A DNA stretch of 64,000 nt from the NCBI RefSeq assembly GCF_052425735.1, contig NC_135762.1, positions 22,878,001-22,942,000 on the forward strand, in the 5' to 3' direction. The position numbers and the translations under genes are program-made. The stretch comes from Oculina patagonica. Its lineage: Eukaryota. Under the pieces are notes generated by a model. That model did not search any database and was not told the DNA's origin. It was given only the letters and a program-made list of their open reading frames with translations. Positions 51,138 through 62,800 of this stretch are shown piece after piece (within the stretch, counting starts at the first letter, position 1; every line of letters begins with the position of its first letter).

Positions 51138-53223
51138 TCAATAAACAAACCATTTTGAAGGCGAGTCGCTGTTTTTGCATTCTTTCGATTCACTTGTCTC
51201 TTTCCAATGACACCGCTGACCACTTTCGTCAACCTCGCAGTGTTCGAACCGCCTCCAGCACTGAATCGATTTCCACGTGCGAGACAGCTCACGTGCCTTC
51301 TGTTCACATCCGGGTAACCTCTGATGGCATTCAGAGTCTGATCCAGAACACTTGTGAGGCTTGAAGCGGCATTGTCGACACCCCGCCTCATAGTACCCCC
51401 GAAGGTTTGCTTTTTGACGGGAGGTCACTTTGTCCCAGGGCTCCCGCAGGTCAGAGAATTTCGTGAACAGCTTTCCACCTGCGATAATATCGCCGTATAT
51501 GAAGTACTCTGTCCCCATTTTGATCCCGAATGTTCCTGAAACTGTGTTATCAATGTAACTGTAGGGTGTATAGAGTTTCGTCGTAAGTTCTGTGTCCAGC
51601 ACGCCAAAAGCTCGTTCTTGTTGGCCGCGTGAGATTCCTTTGAACACTTCTTTTACGGTGATGACGAACACGTCATGATGGCCCACTTTTTTAGGCCCTG
51701 ATACAACAACGGCTCGTATAACTAGAATAAAAAACAAGTGTTATTATAATTTGTTTTCCCAAAGGCCAAAAGAGCACCCTAATATGAGGGACCTGAAGGG
51801 GTAAAATGGGAACTGGGATTTGCCTATTTTTTCATCCTCAATATTCCACTGGAAAATGAGATTTGAGACACTGGGAGTAGGAATCACAAACAAAAAATGG
51901 GACTGGTACTGGGATTTACTGGATCAGGGCAAAAAATGCGCTGGAAATGGGATTCATGCCCCCCCCCCCTTTCAGGACCTAATACAAAATATGAAAACTG
52001 AAATGATAAACCCAAAAAGGCTTGATAAGCTTGTTACAGTGCCCTCCAGGCCACGTTTTCGAAAAATACTATTGAAAATATTTTTAAAGTATTGACAAGA
52101 AACGCTAAATAGAAAAGAGAGAATGGGTTCAACAAGTGAAAGCAAAATTTTAGGCAACAACTCGAAGCATGATACTTTGCAATCGTGTTTGCTGGTTTGA
52201 TTTTCTCGCAACTTAGTTTTTTTCGCGGGATCTCGCGTGGCTAGAGGCTAGAGCGCGCGCGAAGCCAGCGCGAAAAAGGGGTTACGCGCAGGTAATCCAA
52301 GCTATGATTTCGCAGTTTAACAAAAAGTCTTAAATACCGGAAGATATTAATTTAAGACATATTTCGCAACTCGTAACTCCGGAAACAGACAACGGCTCAC
52401 TTCTTTCAGTTACGATACTGTTTTTGCGGCCCAGACCAATTCTTGAAAAGATATTTACTGTTGTTAATGAAGTAAATCCTGCCATAAAAATGATATTTGT
52501 AGAACTTAAAGTATAAATCCTGAGAAATTTAAGTGACTGATCTTCAGGAAAACCGCAGATTTAAGGTATCAGTCAAAAAACCGCCCCCCCCCCCAGATTT
52601 AATAACGTTACTTGAGAAATAGAACTTTGTTTCTTTTAACCGCCCAGTTTTGACAGCGTGAATGTTAACGAACACGAATCATTTAGAGCAAAGAAAAAGC
52701 GCTGTAATGCTTGGCAGAAACGTGTAAAAATCAATCGAAAGTTGAGTACAAAATCCCGAAATGTTCTTTATACCTAACTCAAATGAGTTTTGTTATAGTT
52801 TGATATTCATTTTGACAACGTGAATGGCCCAAAATAGAGCAAAAAAGCGCTGTAACGCTTGGCTGAAACGCATACAAATCCATCAAACCTTGAATACAAA
52901 AACCGTAATCCTCTTGATACGTACCTAACTCGGAAGAGTTTTTCAAAGTACAGAAGAAAAATTAGGCCTTTTTTTTTAATAAAGAAGCTGACCGTCTCGC
53001 GTTTTTTCAATACGGTGGCTATGCAATTTGCCGTTCAAAATTTCGCTCTTCTCTCGGCACAAAAATGACAAAATTTCCTTTATCGTGAATTTGTAAACTT
53101 ACCGAAGTCTGCTTCACAAAAAGCTTGCTGTGGGTGTTCCAACTGTATAACTCCTGCGTAAACGATAGCATAAGACGAAGATAGGACACATAAGATCGCC
53201 ACTAGATAAAAGTGGGTTGCCAT
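51138..53223 (-). CDS. TIMP: TIMP-like secreted protein, copy 3 (two-domain, 234 aa, lacks N-terminal CxC)
   Basis: Exon 1 53223-53103 (MATHFYLVAILCVLSSSYAIVYAGVIQLEHPQQAFCEADF), exon 2 51721-51138; frame and splice sites intact. Confidence 0.88.
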
Positions 53224-54978
53224 GGCATACGACTTGTACTTTAGTCTTTTGTTGAAGTACTTTCTTGCTCTCTTGAAGTTCTTCTGCCTGGAGCGTGGTT
53301 TTGTCTATCCATATTTATACCCTACATGTGGCCGTGGGCACGGGAGAGTTAGTGTAGGCGTATCCGAAAGGAATTCGAAACATTATCTTCATAACTCGAA
53401 TTTCTGATTTTCAAGTGTTGAGTTGTGTCTTTTCCGCCGAATTTTCCAGCCCTGCAACTCCTTAACCCCAACGAGACAGAAGATAATTGTAGTTTTCTGC
53501 TCGTCCAGACATATTTATCGTTTCTAGCGTTTCTTTACGGATTAGGCAAATAGTAATCACGGGAAAGAATAGTCATGGGTGAATAGACTCCTGACACGGC
53601 CCGTTTTCACCTTGTGTGAGAAAAACTGTTATCTGTCTACACTCATCTCAGCTAATGGATAATTGCAATGTAAACAAGATTAATTACGCACACATTTACA
53701 AAAGATAAAAAAGTCACGAAGAAGGGTCAAGACTTCGTTCTAAAACAGGAAAGCTAGCACGTTTTCCAATAAGCTCTGGACTATTTCCCTTCGGATTGCA
53801 TGTATTTTTGTGGTTTTTTATGGCTCTTTTCGCATGTTCTGGCTTAATTATTGCAAACAACCTGACTAAACATAGGTCAATCTTTACTCTCGCGTTTATT
53901 TCAAATTATCCCATAAATATTGACTTTTCTATAAAAACAACATTGATTAATTTACAGTGTTTTTCAGACAAGAAACCTCGCAACAGATATTATATGTTTT
54001 TTTTTTTCATTTGCGACGGCGAACATGTTAAATCGAGTTAAACAAAAGGCGCGCGCTTTCTAGCTAGCTCTGTCGGATGTAGCCCTTACCACACCTTCAG
54101 CCTTTAGCCTTCTTTTGCGTTTAAGTGAAAAAGAGAACTGAAGTCTTAGATAAACAGGAAGTTTATCATTCGTTTGTTTGGCACCGTCTAACGTGCTTTA
54201 ATTAATTGTTTCTTGTGGAGTGTCACGTCGATTAACTCAGATTTGGTCACGATCGGATTAACTGTGATCTGTTTACTCTTTAAGTTTTCCCGCCATTGCT
54301 TTGCGTAACTGCACCGACCGCAAAAAAACACCCAAGAGCTCGAGATTTGAGGAGGCACGATTGAACAGAAAACTACTGTAGGTTTACTTTAGAGAATGGC
54401 TCATTTCAACAAAAGAAATAACTTAAATATTTTCAACTCCATGCACCAAGAATTTTGCAAACATTCTCCGTCACCGCACCATCCCCGGCTTCGGTGAAAT
54501 GAATCGGTTTTTCCTCAGCTCGTGTCCAAAAAACATCCCAACGAATCCCAAGTCGAAAATGGTTATTGAGCTTTATTCTAGACAATTTGAGAAAGTTTGC
54601 TGCTACTGTCCTAAAGTTTTCTTTAGGCCAATGGGAAATGAATGAAGAAAGGGAAGCGGTATATACGTGCCCAGCCTCTACACTCGAGAACTAGAGCCAA
54701 GAAAGTACGTGCATAACGTGACCGTTGCGCGTAAAGTCCCGTCTCATTCGATCAAGTTCCTCGTTTTTACGCAACGTGGCGAAGGAGACAAACACACGCC
54801 TCGCGTTCCCCAACTCGAGTAAGCACGTTTATAAAATAAGAGATTAATAATATAATACACTGCCAATCAGACATGTGCATGGTGAGAAGAAAGAAAGCTA
54901 TTGAGTAGATATTTCCACCACAGTCCTGATTTGAACTTGGTTGAAATAGAGGAAAATACAACACATAAATAGAGGATT

Positions 54979-55245
54979 AATTTATACATTTATATAGCGC
55001 TAAAACTATAAATATTCTAAAGCGCTGTTTACTACTGTGTAAAAATAATATAAAAATATAAAAATTAGAATGAACCTACATACAAATCAAACTAGAAACA
55101 GTGTGATTGAAAAGTTAAAACGCTTAAACGCGAAATGCTTTCTTAAAAAGGAAAGTCTTCAATTGACTTTTAAAAGTCTCCACTGATGACGCTTTGCGAA
55201 TGTCAACAGGAAGCTCATTCCACAGGGAGGGGCCTGCCTTGGCAA
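54979..55245 (-). mobile_element. L2 LINE 3' fragment unique to unit 3
   Basis: TSD aggatt; empty sites in unit 1 (~19780) and unit 2 (~38800); minus strand reads AGPSLWNELPVDIR, followed by an L2-type agcgct...agcgctatata tail. Confidence 0.75.
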
Positions 55246-57679
55246 AGGATTATGGAAATACGTACACCGAGGGTTACAGTCAACAACAGATGAATTGTCA
55301 CGAAAATCTCTTACAAGCAATCTTTCTGGAAATAAAAAAAATATGCATTTTTTTTTTAAATTCCTTTAGAGAGTGGTGAAACGTAAATGAAAGAGGAAGA
55401 TCTAGAAGTTATTTTTGACACATGTTTTTGTTTTTTCTGTCACTGAAATCTATTTTAATCCATGGGAAAATGAAAAAAAAAAATAACAAAGATAACACTC
55501 AAATAGAGGATATCCTCGATGTACCGTATATACAACCTCGTTCCCAGCGTTTCCGTATATATTAGATATTTAGAGTGACATTTAAAAAAAACATGGCAAT
55601 GAGAAAAAAATTCACATTCAGAACAAGGATAAGGCCTGGAGAAGATTGATTTACTGAAACATGCACTGCATCGTGCACGTGGTTCATAAATTTAACTGGT
55701 TATGAGGTGGAGCCACTATTAAAAAAATATAGTACGTGTCTCGTTGCCAGGTAGATTTGCAAAAGAAATTTCAAAGGAGAAGTAAAGTTACGCCGGTCTG
55801 ATATGTGAAACAAACCTACAAACTGCAACGCTTATCACAATATTGTTAGCAGACGGACAAAAAGGCATATGGAGCAATACGCATCACCCCCCCCCCCCCA
55901 ATCTGTCTGATTCATCAGAATCCGATCTAAAAACGGAAGACTTCGGCATTACAACTGTACTAAGGAGACGAGTATTTTTTCAGAGGTTCCACCCCTAGAA
56001 ATTAAGAAAGTTTATTGGCCTGAAATTTGGGTGAATTTTGACGCCTGTGACAGACGTGTCCTAACAGAGTGAAGATAGAGGTTTGCATGGTATAAAAGTC
56101 TAATTTGTGGAAACAGGGAATTTTTGTCTGGTACAAGTATCTTGTAATATAATATCTAAACGAAAGCAGTGCTATGGAAACTCATATTAACACTTATTAT
56201 CACTAGTATGTGCTGCTGAAGTGTCCTTTTATCGAACGTGCCACATTTCATTTAAAAGATGATTAGGTGGATTTAGTTATTTGCGGAAACTTAGAAAGTA
56301 TTAAAAACTGTCTGCGGTTGGAACTGGACTGTCGGTCAGGTCAAATATGGGCGTATGCTTGGAATGTAACGGTAGCTTTTATCGCATCTAGGATAGTTGT
56401 GTATTTCTATGACGACTGCTCAGTTTCATAACCGCAGTGATTTGATTTGACATCGGTAATGTACAAATAAACTTTAAAATATTAAAATCGTGAGTTAGCT
56501 TGAGTTGCCAAGTCAGGAGTCATTACAGTATCTTTGTTGACGCCTTCTTTCTCCCAAGTCTTTTTACCCATCCGTCCTTAAGTTTAACGTTTAGGTCAAA
56601 TACTGGAATTATTCCATTATCCTGTCCAAGTCCATTTAAGGCAAGTTAAGGTAAGTCCCAGGTTAAAGATTCAAGTCTTTATCCGGCGGGGAAAATTTAA
56701 CGTTACTGAGAGCAGCAGAAATTTACCTCGCCTACACATTTTTGGGAGGTGTAGATTTTCACACCCACCCCGGAGATATCCGAAGTGTGTTTCAGCGCGT
56801 AATTTACTGTAATGAATTAAACATCGCAAGAAAACGCGATGAAATTACCGGAAAAGTTCCTGAAGACAAGTTTAGATAGAAGTGAGCCGCTATTTCATTA
56901 AAAGGGTACGTTGCACTGGCGACTTAAAAAATCCAGTTTAGTTTGTATATGTTTGTTATACTACTAGGAGACATTAGAGGAACTAGCGTTACATAGAAAA
57001 ACATAATTAAGTTGTATGACAGAGGAGGACATCGAACTTGAAAATGATGACATGCAGTCATCGAGACGTCATTCCGTATCGCTAATTTTAATTCTTTTTT
57101 TTTTCCCGAAACCTTCTGTCATTAGAAGGATACGAAACTGCAATAAAAATTAGGCTGGACAAAACAAGCATTTCTTTACTTCTTGACTTCATTTTCGGCT
57201 CTTCTCATATTTTCATTTTCAGAGTGATTGACGCGTTTTATATTCTTATTAGTGGGTTAACCTTGATTCATTTTATTCTCAACTTTTAAAAGGAATCATG
57301 TCACTACTTTTTTAACCATTTTTCTACTGTACAAAATACTTTCATTTTGAAGTAAAATCCTTAATAAACCTAAAATAAAGAAGAATAGGTATATTTACAA
57401 TATGAGCACGGTAAAGAAAATTGGCCAAGTTCCAACATGCGCCGTTCATAACAGTTAACATTCGCCTTTGTAAACAAAGAAAACGAGACATGCTGACGTC
57501 ATCACTGAGTTGCGTCGATCTTGATGTCACGACGCTATAAAGTGAGTTTGCTTTTAATAGTTGCCATTTGTTTCGCAACACCGGACAGGAACTATTAATG
57601 AGTGCTTATCGCTCAAATGCTATTCCTGGAACTATTTCCTTGATACGTTCGCGAGCCCGGACGATCATCGGAGACTCAG

Positions 57680-58516
57680 CAAAAAATACAGTTTTTACGT
57701 GCCTCAAAGGCGCGCGCTACGATTTTCTGCTTGACGTCATTATTGCTCGCGCGGCCTAAAATGGCGCTAGCAACTCTCACTCTAAACAGAAACGAAAAAG
57801 AATTCCATCTGTTTTACCGCGCATTACCAACTTTGTATACAAATGAAAACTTCAAAATACTTTCAGATAGGTCTCAAAACCTGGGACGGTAAGCAATACG
57901 ACAAAAAGTATGGATAAACAGCCGACAGAGAAGTTCTAATTCTGTCTTTCATTATCGCTCGCGACGCATGGCGTCATATTAGCGCGCGCTCGCACGCGCA
58001 ATTTGATTCGCTTCGGAGGTCGAAAAACCCAGATTTTGATCCAGATTTTCTCGAAAACGTACCGTACAACCTATTATGAAACTCTCATAATTAAATTTAA
58101 GGTGTAAACCACGTCCACGGCCAAAATTTTGAAAAAATCTTAGACAGATTTTAAGCTATTTTAAAAATGGGCAAAATATCACATTTTCCTACTTTGCGAA
58201 AAATCTGTCTTACAGATTTTTATATTATTTTGCATGAATGATAAATCAAAGCCAATTTCTTATTTGTGAAATTTTGAGGTAGGGTCGTACGGCAGATTTT
58301 GAGAAAAACGCCGTATAAAATACTAGTGGCAGTCCCCTCATAAGCACTCGGCCGTTCATTCTGTTTATTAGCATTTTTATTTTCCAAATATCGCATTAGA
58401 TGGTTTTAGGATGTAACAATAAGTGATAAGAAAAAGACAAAACTTTTCTGAAGATTGTACAAGAGAGTGAAAGGTTGGACTGATTTGCCCTCTCAATATT
58501 GTATTATACCACCTTA
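57680..58516. mobile_element. Unit-3-specific insertion, probably a truncated Kolobok-like element
   Basis: Absent from unit 2 (~49245-49262); right end reads ...tataccacc|TTAA; no matching left TIR at the insertion boundary. Confidence 0.45.
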
Positions 58517-59270
58517 AAAATGCGGGTATTGCATCCTACCAAAAACGTATAATTAATTATAACTTGTAAGGATCAGTAAGCAATTTGGGTTGGAGCTGTA
58601 AAAGTATACACTTTTTGTCACTCTCTTGGAAGATACGACCCGGCTAATTATAAGACTCGCAGGTCACGGGCAACAACGGAAAACTCGTTTGTGAAACTTC
58701 TGCGCTTGGTGAAACAGTATAGATCCCAGTATATAACAGACAAATCTTTTTTGGCCAGAAATCAAGCTCAAGTGAGGTACTTTCTCTTAACCAAATTAGT
58801 CTAAATAAGACAAGAAAGCATTGCTTCTATATTTTCTGGCAGCGAGTTCCTAAAAAAAGTTATTTTTGCCATACTAAAAATGCTAAAAATATCGGCTTTT
58901 TTCTAGGGTAGAATAACACAAGAAAGCACTGCTTCTACAATTCCTGTCAGTAAGTTCCTAAAATAGTTATTTTTGTACAAAAATGCTAAAAATATCGTAC
59001 TTTTTTCTAGTGTGAAAAATAGAATTTTAACATTCATTTGTACACCTTTTATTTCCAAGCTTAAAATATAATTTGTCTCCACTGCCTACCATACATTTCT
59101 TTCAATATCGGCTGTGAGAATTTAGTGGCACATCATTACCGGTGTTGTATGGAGAAATTAGAAGTTGGTCACGCATTTTGGGAGGACATGACAGGAAGTC
59201 TTTACGCGTCACGTAATAATCACAAACCGCCCCCACTTCTAAAATTAGCGAGTCCCAGAGAGCAACTCTT

Positions 59271-59580
59271 AACTGAAGTGTTTATCAATTAAAAGAAAGA
59301 AAGAAAAACTTCCGGCCACGAAAATTTCGACAAGTACGTGCCGAGGTAATAACAAATTTTCTTGAAATGCCACTTGTGACGTCATTGGTGGAGTTCATGG
59401 CATAAGATGATAACCTCCAGTTATAAATAAAAAGAGGCGAGTTCCGTAGATAGCTAGCATCTCCAAACTGAAGTGTTTATCAATTAAAAGAGAGAAAGGA
59501 AATCGTCCGGTCGCGTAAATTGTGACGTCATTGGTGGAGTTCATGGCATAAGATGATTACCTCCAGTTATAAATAAAAAC
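59271..59580 (+). promoter_or_regulatory. Duplicated core promoter of the plus-strand TIMP (CRE + inverted CCAAT + TATA, twice)
   Basis: TGACGTCATTGG at 59377 and 59523, each followed 45 bp later by TATAAATA (59422, 59568); the second TATA is 180 bp upstream of the ATG. Confidence 0.6.
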
Positions 59581-59747
59581 AGGAGACTGAGTTGCGTCCA
59601 AAAAGAGTCAAACAAGAAAGAGGTTATCGAAGAACAGTCAACTCAAGTCAAGACGAAGATTGCTCGAACAGCAAAAGCGAGGAAGAACTCATCGCAGAAC
59701 AGTCAGCACAAGACAAGAAGATAACTCGAACAGCAAAGACAACTAAC

Positions 59748-62452
59748 ATGTCTTCTGTCTTCTCGGTTGTGATTTTACTTTGCATTGGTACTGTTATGGT
59801 CTGTCACGCCTGTATGCGGTGCCGACGAACTGACCCTCGAGATGAATTCTGTAATGCAGAGATCGGTAAGTAAATATAAATTGCACTCTAATTTGATCGT
59901 TGTTGTGACTTGTCACTCCGTATTGGGCTTCCATGGCGTTCAACTCCTGGCGGAGGATTCGTTAGCTATCAGATAGAGTACTTGTTTGCCTTTCATCACC
60001 AGAAATTTACCAACAGAGCTGCATTCATAGTAGTGCTTTCATGAGCCAGGTTCGACAACTTTAAAGCAATAAAATATTGTGTATTATTAATAGAGAAAAT
60101 ATCAATTTCGTAGCAACAGACATTGTATGATAAAAAAAAAAAAAAAATAGCACTAGTAACTCCAATTTATAAGGCAAATAGTAAGGAGGAATTTTCAAAC
60201 TATAGACCAATATCTGTCCTTCCATGTCTCAGTAAAATACTAGAAAAAATTATATACAAAAGAGTACTTAAATATTTGGATAAACATAACATGTTGTTTC
60301 AAGGTCAATATGGTTTTCGTAAAAACCATTCAACAAACTTAGCGACTATAGAGCTTACGACTAAGTTACTACAAGCAATTGATAACAATGAATACACAAT
60401 AGGAGTATTTTTAGATCTTGCAAAGGCATTTGATACTGTGAACCATGAAATATTACTTAAAAAGCTTGAACATTATGGTATAAGGGGAATTGCCCTTAAG
60501 TGGTTTGAAAATTACTTAACAAATAGGAAACAGATAGTTAAATATAAGTTAGAAAAATCAGTAAGCTTAACAGTCAAGTGTGGAGTGCCTCAAGGGTCCA
60601 TATTGGGACCTCTTCTTTTTCTTATCTACATGAATGATATCTCTAGGTGTTCAGAGATATTATCTATTATTTTATTTGCAGATGACACAAATTTATTTTT
60701 CAATCATAAAAATCTAGAAACGTTACAAAAGACCATGAACAATGAGCTAAGTAACATAGCATCTTGGCTTTCCGCAAATAAACTTTCATTAAATATTAAA
60801 AAAACACAATTCATAATTTTTAAATCCAGAGGGAAGAAAATAAATCAAAATGTCTCAATTAAAATAGATAACCAAGAAATTGAACAAGTAAAGCACACAA
60901 AATTCCTGGGTTTAAACATAGATAATGAGCTATCCTGGAAATATCACATTGACCAAGTGGCATCTAAAATATCAAAAATGACAGGTATACTGGCAAAGGC
61001 AAGACACTACTTATCTCTCAAAACTTTACAGACAATTTATGACACTATGGTACAACCTTACTTGACATATTGTAATATTGTTTGGACAAGTACTTATCCA
61101 ACAAGACTTAACTCACTATTTATGATACAAAAAAAGATAGTTAGAATTATGACTTTTAAAAATTACAGAGAAAAATCTAGGCCACTATTTGTAGCATTAA
61201 ATATTCTTAATATATACGAGTTAAATATAAGCCAAATATCACTTTTTATGTATTCCTACTTTAATGGTAGACTTCCAAGTTATTTTTGTAATTACTATAG
61301 ATTAAATGAAAAGATCCATAATCACAATACACGAACATCCTCAAACATATATATCGATTATAAAAGAACAAACTATGGGAAATTTTCATTAAAATTTAGG
61401 GGGCCCCAAATTTGGAACAATTTACCTAAGGATCTGAAGACACAGAAATCATATCGACTTTTTAAAAAATCAACTAAAGACTATATTCAAAATCATATGT
61501 ATTCCTTTAATTATATAAGCTAGATTGTAATTAGTTTATTAAAAACTAGCAAATCCCACTTAAACATATTCAATTAATAATTACATCCATCTGCTAAATT
61601 GTAATTAGTATACTTATGTATGGGGATCTTCTTACAAAAGCTCATTAGAGCTTGCTGAGATCTCCAGCCATTATATACATTATCTTATGTAGCAGATATA
61701 TTTGACATTTTTGTAAAATAGAATGAATATAATGGAAAATAAAGTTACTTACTTATGATTAATCTCTGCCGTGGGTAGGTAAGGAAACATAGGGCATCAG
61801 TGAGAGCGCTCGCATCCCTCCCGCTCTCTCTGTCTAATGTGTTCCTGGTTCGAATACAGGACCCGAAGTCAAATGTTGGTTGAGTTTGTTGTCGGTTCTC
61901 GTCACTGCTGTAAAGGGTTTTCCCCCATCCACAAAATCCAACACTCCAAATGTTACCTTTACTTTTTTTGGGGTGTGTAAATTAATCATGATAGAATGAC
62001 ATTTACATCAAAACATCATCCTTCTCGTCTGTTATTTATAAGATCATAGTTCAATAAAAACTCTCTTTTTTTCAATAGTACTACGTGCCAGAGTTTGGTC
62101 GGAACCAAGAGACGCGGACCCTGTCAAAGGTGACGAATTTAGCTTTATTATTCCTGATCAAGTTTACAGTCTAAAGATCATTGAAATATTCAAGGGAAAA
62201 GAAAAAGTGAACCAACTTCCAGGGGCCTTGTCTGTCGGTGTCCGCAACTTGGGTCTCCTGATTGACCTTCACACGCCGACCAGATTTATATCCTGCAGTT
62301 TCCGGCTCCAAAAGGGCAAGGAGTATCTTCTGTCGGGTTACATCCGCAACAACAAGCTGCGATCGTCCTTCTGTAGTTTGCGTTGGAGGTGGACACACGT
62401 GCCCACACAGCTGAGGGCGGTACTTAATGGACAGTACAGTGAGAGCTGCTAA
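59748..62452 (+). CDS. TIMP: Single-domain (N-TIMP/NTR only) TIMP-like protein, 163 aa
   Basis: Exon 1 59748-59865 (signal peptide, then CMRCRRTDPRDEFCNAEI; G|GTAAGT), exon 2 62079-62452 (VLRARV...YSLKIIEIFKG...LHTP...SC...LQKGKEYLLSG...FCS...YSESC-stop). Six mature Cys; same phase-1 intron position as the minus-strand copies. Confidence 0.85.
60123..61756 (+). mobile_element. 5'-truncated CR1/L2-group LINE in the intron of the plus-strand TIMP
   Basis: 466-aa ORF with NYRPISVL, QYGFR, FLDLAKAFD, GVPQGSILGP, LFADD, KFLG; 3' end has AATAAA followed by (TTAC)n. Confidence 0.92.
61790..61952 (+). mobile_element. Degenerate tRNA-derived SINE
   Basis: A-box-like cagtgagagcgctcgc and B-box ggttcgaat, followed by a ggttgagtttgttg..ggttctc..ggtttttcccc body. 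Confidence 0.6.
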
Positions 62453-62588
62453 TAACCGTGTGAAGAATCAAATGTATTATTAACAATATAAATTCAAGCG
62501 TGAGATTTTAACATGTTTTAACACTTTAACTATCAAGAGTGATCAAAATCAAATTTTATTATTTCGTCATAATGTTGTAAATACTTAA

Positions 62589-62800
62589 AGGCGCGTTTAC
62601 ACGACAGAGAAAATTGGGTAAGGACCCGTCAGAAATTCGGTCCGGCCATACCACTTTTGTAAAGAAACAATCAACTTTACTCGGGGCCATAGGCGCTTAT
62701 GGCCCCGAGTAAAGTTGATTGTTTCTTTACAAAAGTGGTAAGGCCGGACCGAATTTCTGACGGGTCCTTACCCAATTTTCTCTGTCGTGTAAACGCGCTT
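62589..62800. mobile_element. Fully palindromic Harbinger-like MITE
   Basis: Arms of ~103 bp, nearly perfect (aggcgcgtttacacgacag...), tiny loop, TAA on both flanks. Confidence 0.8.

Larger units (their letters stand above)
50146..59550. repeat. Segmental duplication unit 3 (TIMP copy 3 and upstream region running into the plus-strand TIMP promoter)
   Basis: Starts after a (TA)n filler at the unit 2/3 junction; collinear with unit 2, more diverged beyond ~55400. Confidence 0.88.

Noticed and set aside
61790-61870. Second tRNA gene
   Set aside because: Only degenerate A/B boxes without a cloverleaf, continuing into a SINE-like body.
15000-62500. TIMP nested in a synapsin intron, as in many bilaterians
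   Set aside because: No synapsin-like exon was recognised in the window, and the TIMPs occur on both strands. A host gene with exons outside the window cannot be excluded.
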